Assembly: GCA_024626585.2 (NCBI GenBank)
Contig: JANKJI020000004.1
Location: forward strand, 969,867 to 991,680
Reading direction: 5' to 3'
Length of the DNA stretch: 21,814 bases
Origin: Ginkgo biloba
Lineage: Eukaryota; Plantae; Ginkgophyta
Shown here: in pieces, positions 20,401-21,814 of the stretch
Layout of the letters: every line of letters begins with the position of its first letter
Numbering within the stretch: the first letter of the stretch is position 1
The notes under the pieces: generated by a model
The model's input: only the letters and a program-made list of their open reading frames with translations
Database searches by the model: none
Told to the model about the DNA's origin: nothing
Translations under genes and position numbers: made by a program

Positions 20401-21814
20401 CAAGGAATCTCTAACACAATCCGTTTACTTATCTAAAACAAACAAAAAACCTAGCCAAACATGGTTTCTGCCTACTATGAAACACTGCCAAAAGGATGAT
20501 TGCTGTCAAAATCACCCGGATATCTTCCAGTGGACATGATATTTGACGGGCAATTGCACATGACATGTTTAGAGAGAATTTATGGGCCATTACTTGTCAT
20601 TGGACACTCGGTCTGTTACAATTGTTATTAAATCAGTTGGAGAGTTTGCTGAGTTGGAATTTAATAATGGGTTAAATAACATCGTCGTATTCTGGAAGTG
20701 TTATTTTTGGGAAGATTAATCCAGTGATAATTTTTATTAATCCGACTTCATTTTTTCCAAAACACAATCTGACCCTTTTTTGTATTAAGCTGCTATTATA
20801 ATGCAAAGCATAATTTGAATCATTTCCATCCCACGTGGCTATTTCTTTGGCATTAGGATGCTATTTTTCTGAAACAATTAAATGTGGATTATTTCAGGAA
20901 AACATTGGTTTATTTTTGTCAACTACAGACAGTCAGGGACAACCGTCAAATTCAACTACCCTGACATAACAATCAATTTCAACGGGATTCCAATATGCCC
21001 ACATATTCTGAATCTGTACATTTCTTAAGATGGCACTCGTAAGTAACCATTAGACCACAGTCGGTGGATTTTTTTTAACAGATCCAGAGCCCGTCCAAAC
21101 GTTGTTCCTTCCCACCATGATAGACTGACAGGAGAGGTCCATGTGGGTTTGTTCAGAAAAGCAGACCCACAAACCCCATCTTTCATGATCACTTGTCCAG
21201 GCATTCAGATCCCCTCTTCTAGGTTCATCTCATCGCAGCACATGCCTTGCCATATCTCATCAACATGGCCCCGCACCAAGGGAGAAAACCCAATATTAAA
21301 TTAACCGATTCAGACCCAACAGGCCGCAGACTCTTACGCTACAGACTACGGGCTTATCAGTTAAGAGTGGCTTTCAATAGCCGTACCCATGTGGATGTGG
21401 GGCATTCATTGCCCAATTTCCTATGCAATTCATAATGCATCCAGCCTTGATGGCCGTGCCTCCATACTCTTCGTCTTAGACCTGCCCCACTTCTCCATTC
21501 CATTTTCCGTAGTTCAAATTTGATTCATAGATTATTCAACTATTGAAACCTCTACAAGTTTTGAACCCGGATATACAAATCCCAAAACCCAGAAGCCCAA
21601 CCCTTCGGAGTTCAGACTACCCTATTGTTGAACTACCCATTGTAGTGCTCAAGGATCTACATAAACCCAGTTAAAATCTGTCATTGAAGTCCAGACCTTT
21701 TTGCTGTAAACCCTCACCTTCTATGGCCACTGCCATTCTGCTTTCAGACTGAACAAATGGTGCCAAATTTGTAGGCTGCAGCCTGCCACACTGTATGGCA
21801 CCAGATTAGACAAA

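Noticed and set aside
20831-20839. G-box/ABRE-like ccacgtggc
   Set aside because: A single short motif ~3.4 kb from the ATG with no supporting context.

Overview
AT-rich, gap-riddled eukaryotic (land plant, probably gymnosperm-like; inferred) genomic scaffold. The left half (~1-11,400) is a patchwork of decayed Ty3/gypsy LTR-retrotransposon fragments (gag, RNase H, archaeal-type RNase H, two integrase remnants, a tRNA-Met PBS) plus an exact-period 149-bp tandem array. The right half carries one minus-strand host gene of the LONGIFOLIA/TRM (TON1-recruiting motif) family: exon 1 17404-17189, exon 2 16808-14430, exon 3 from 14306 into an 840-N gap, probable C-terminus at 13099-13064. The most unusual feature is a ~64-codon Ty3/gypsy integrase zinc finger (H-X6-H-X29-C-X2-C, all ligands intact) reading in frame inside TRM exon 2. 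It abuts a 7-N gap, and a second retroelement-like repeat abuts the gap at the gene's 3' end, so misassembly is a serious alternative to real exonisation. 17.4-21.8 kb is apparently non-coding upstream sequence. Family assignments come from recalled motifs, not database searches.
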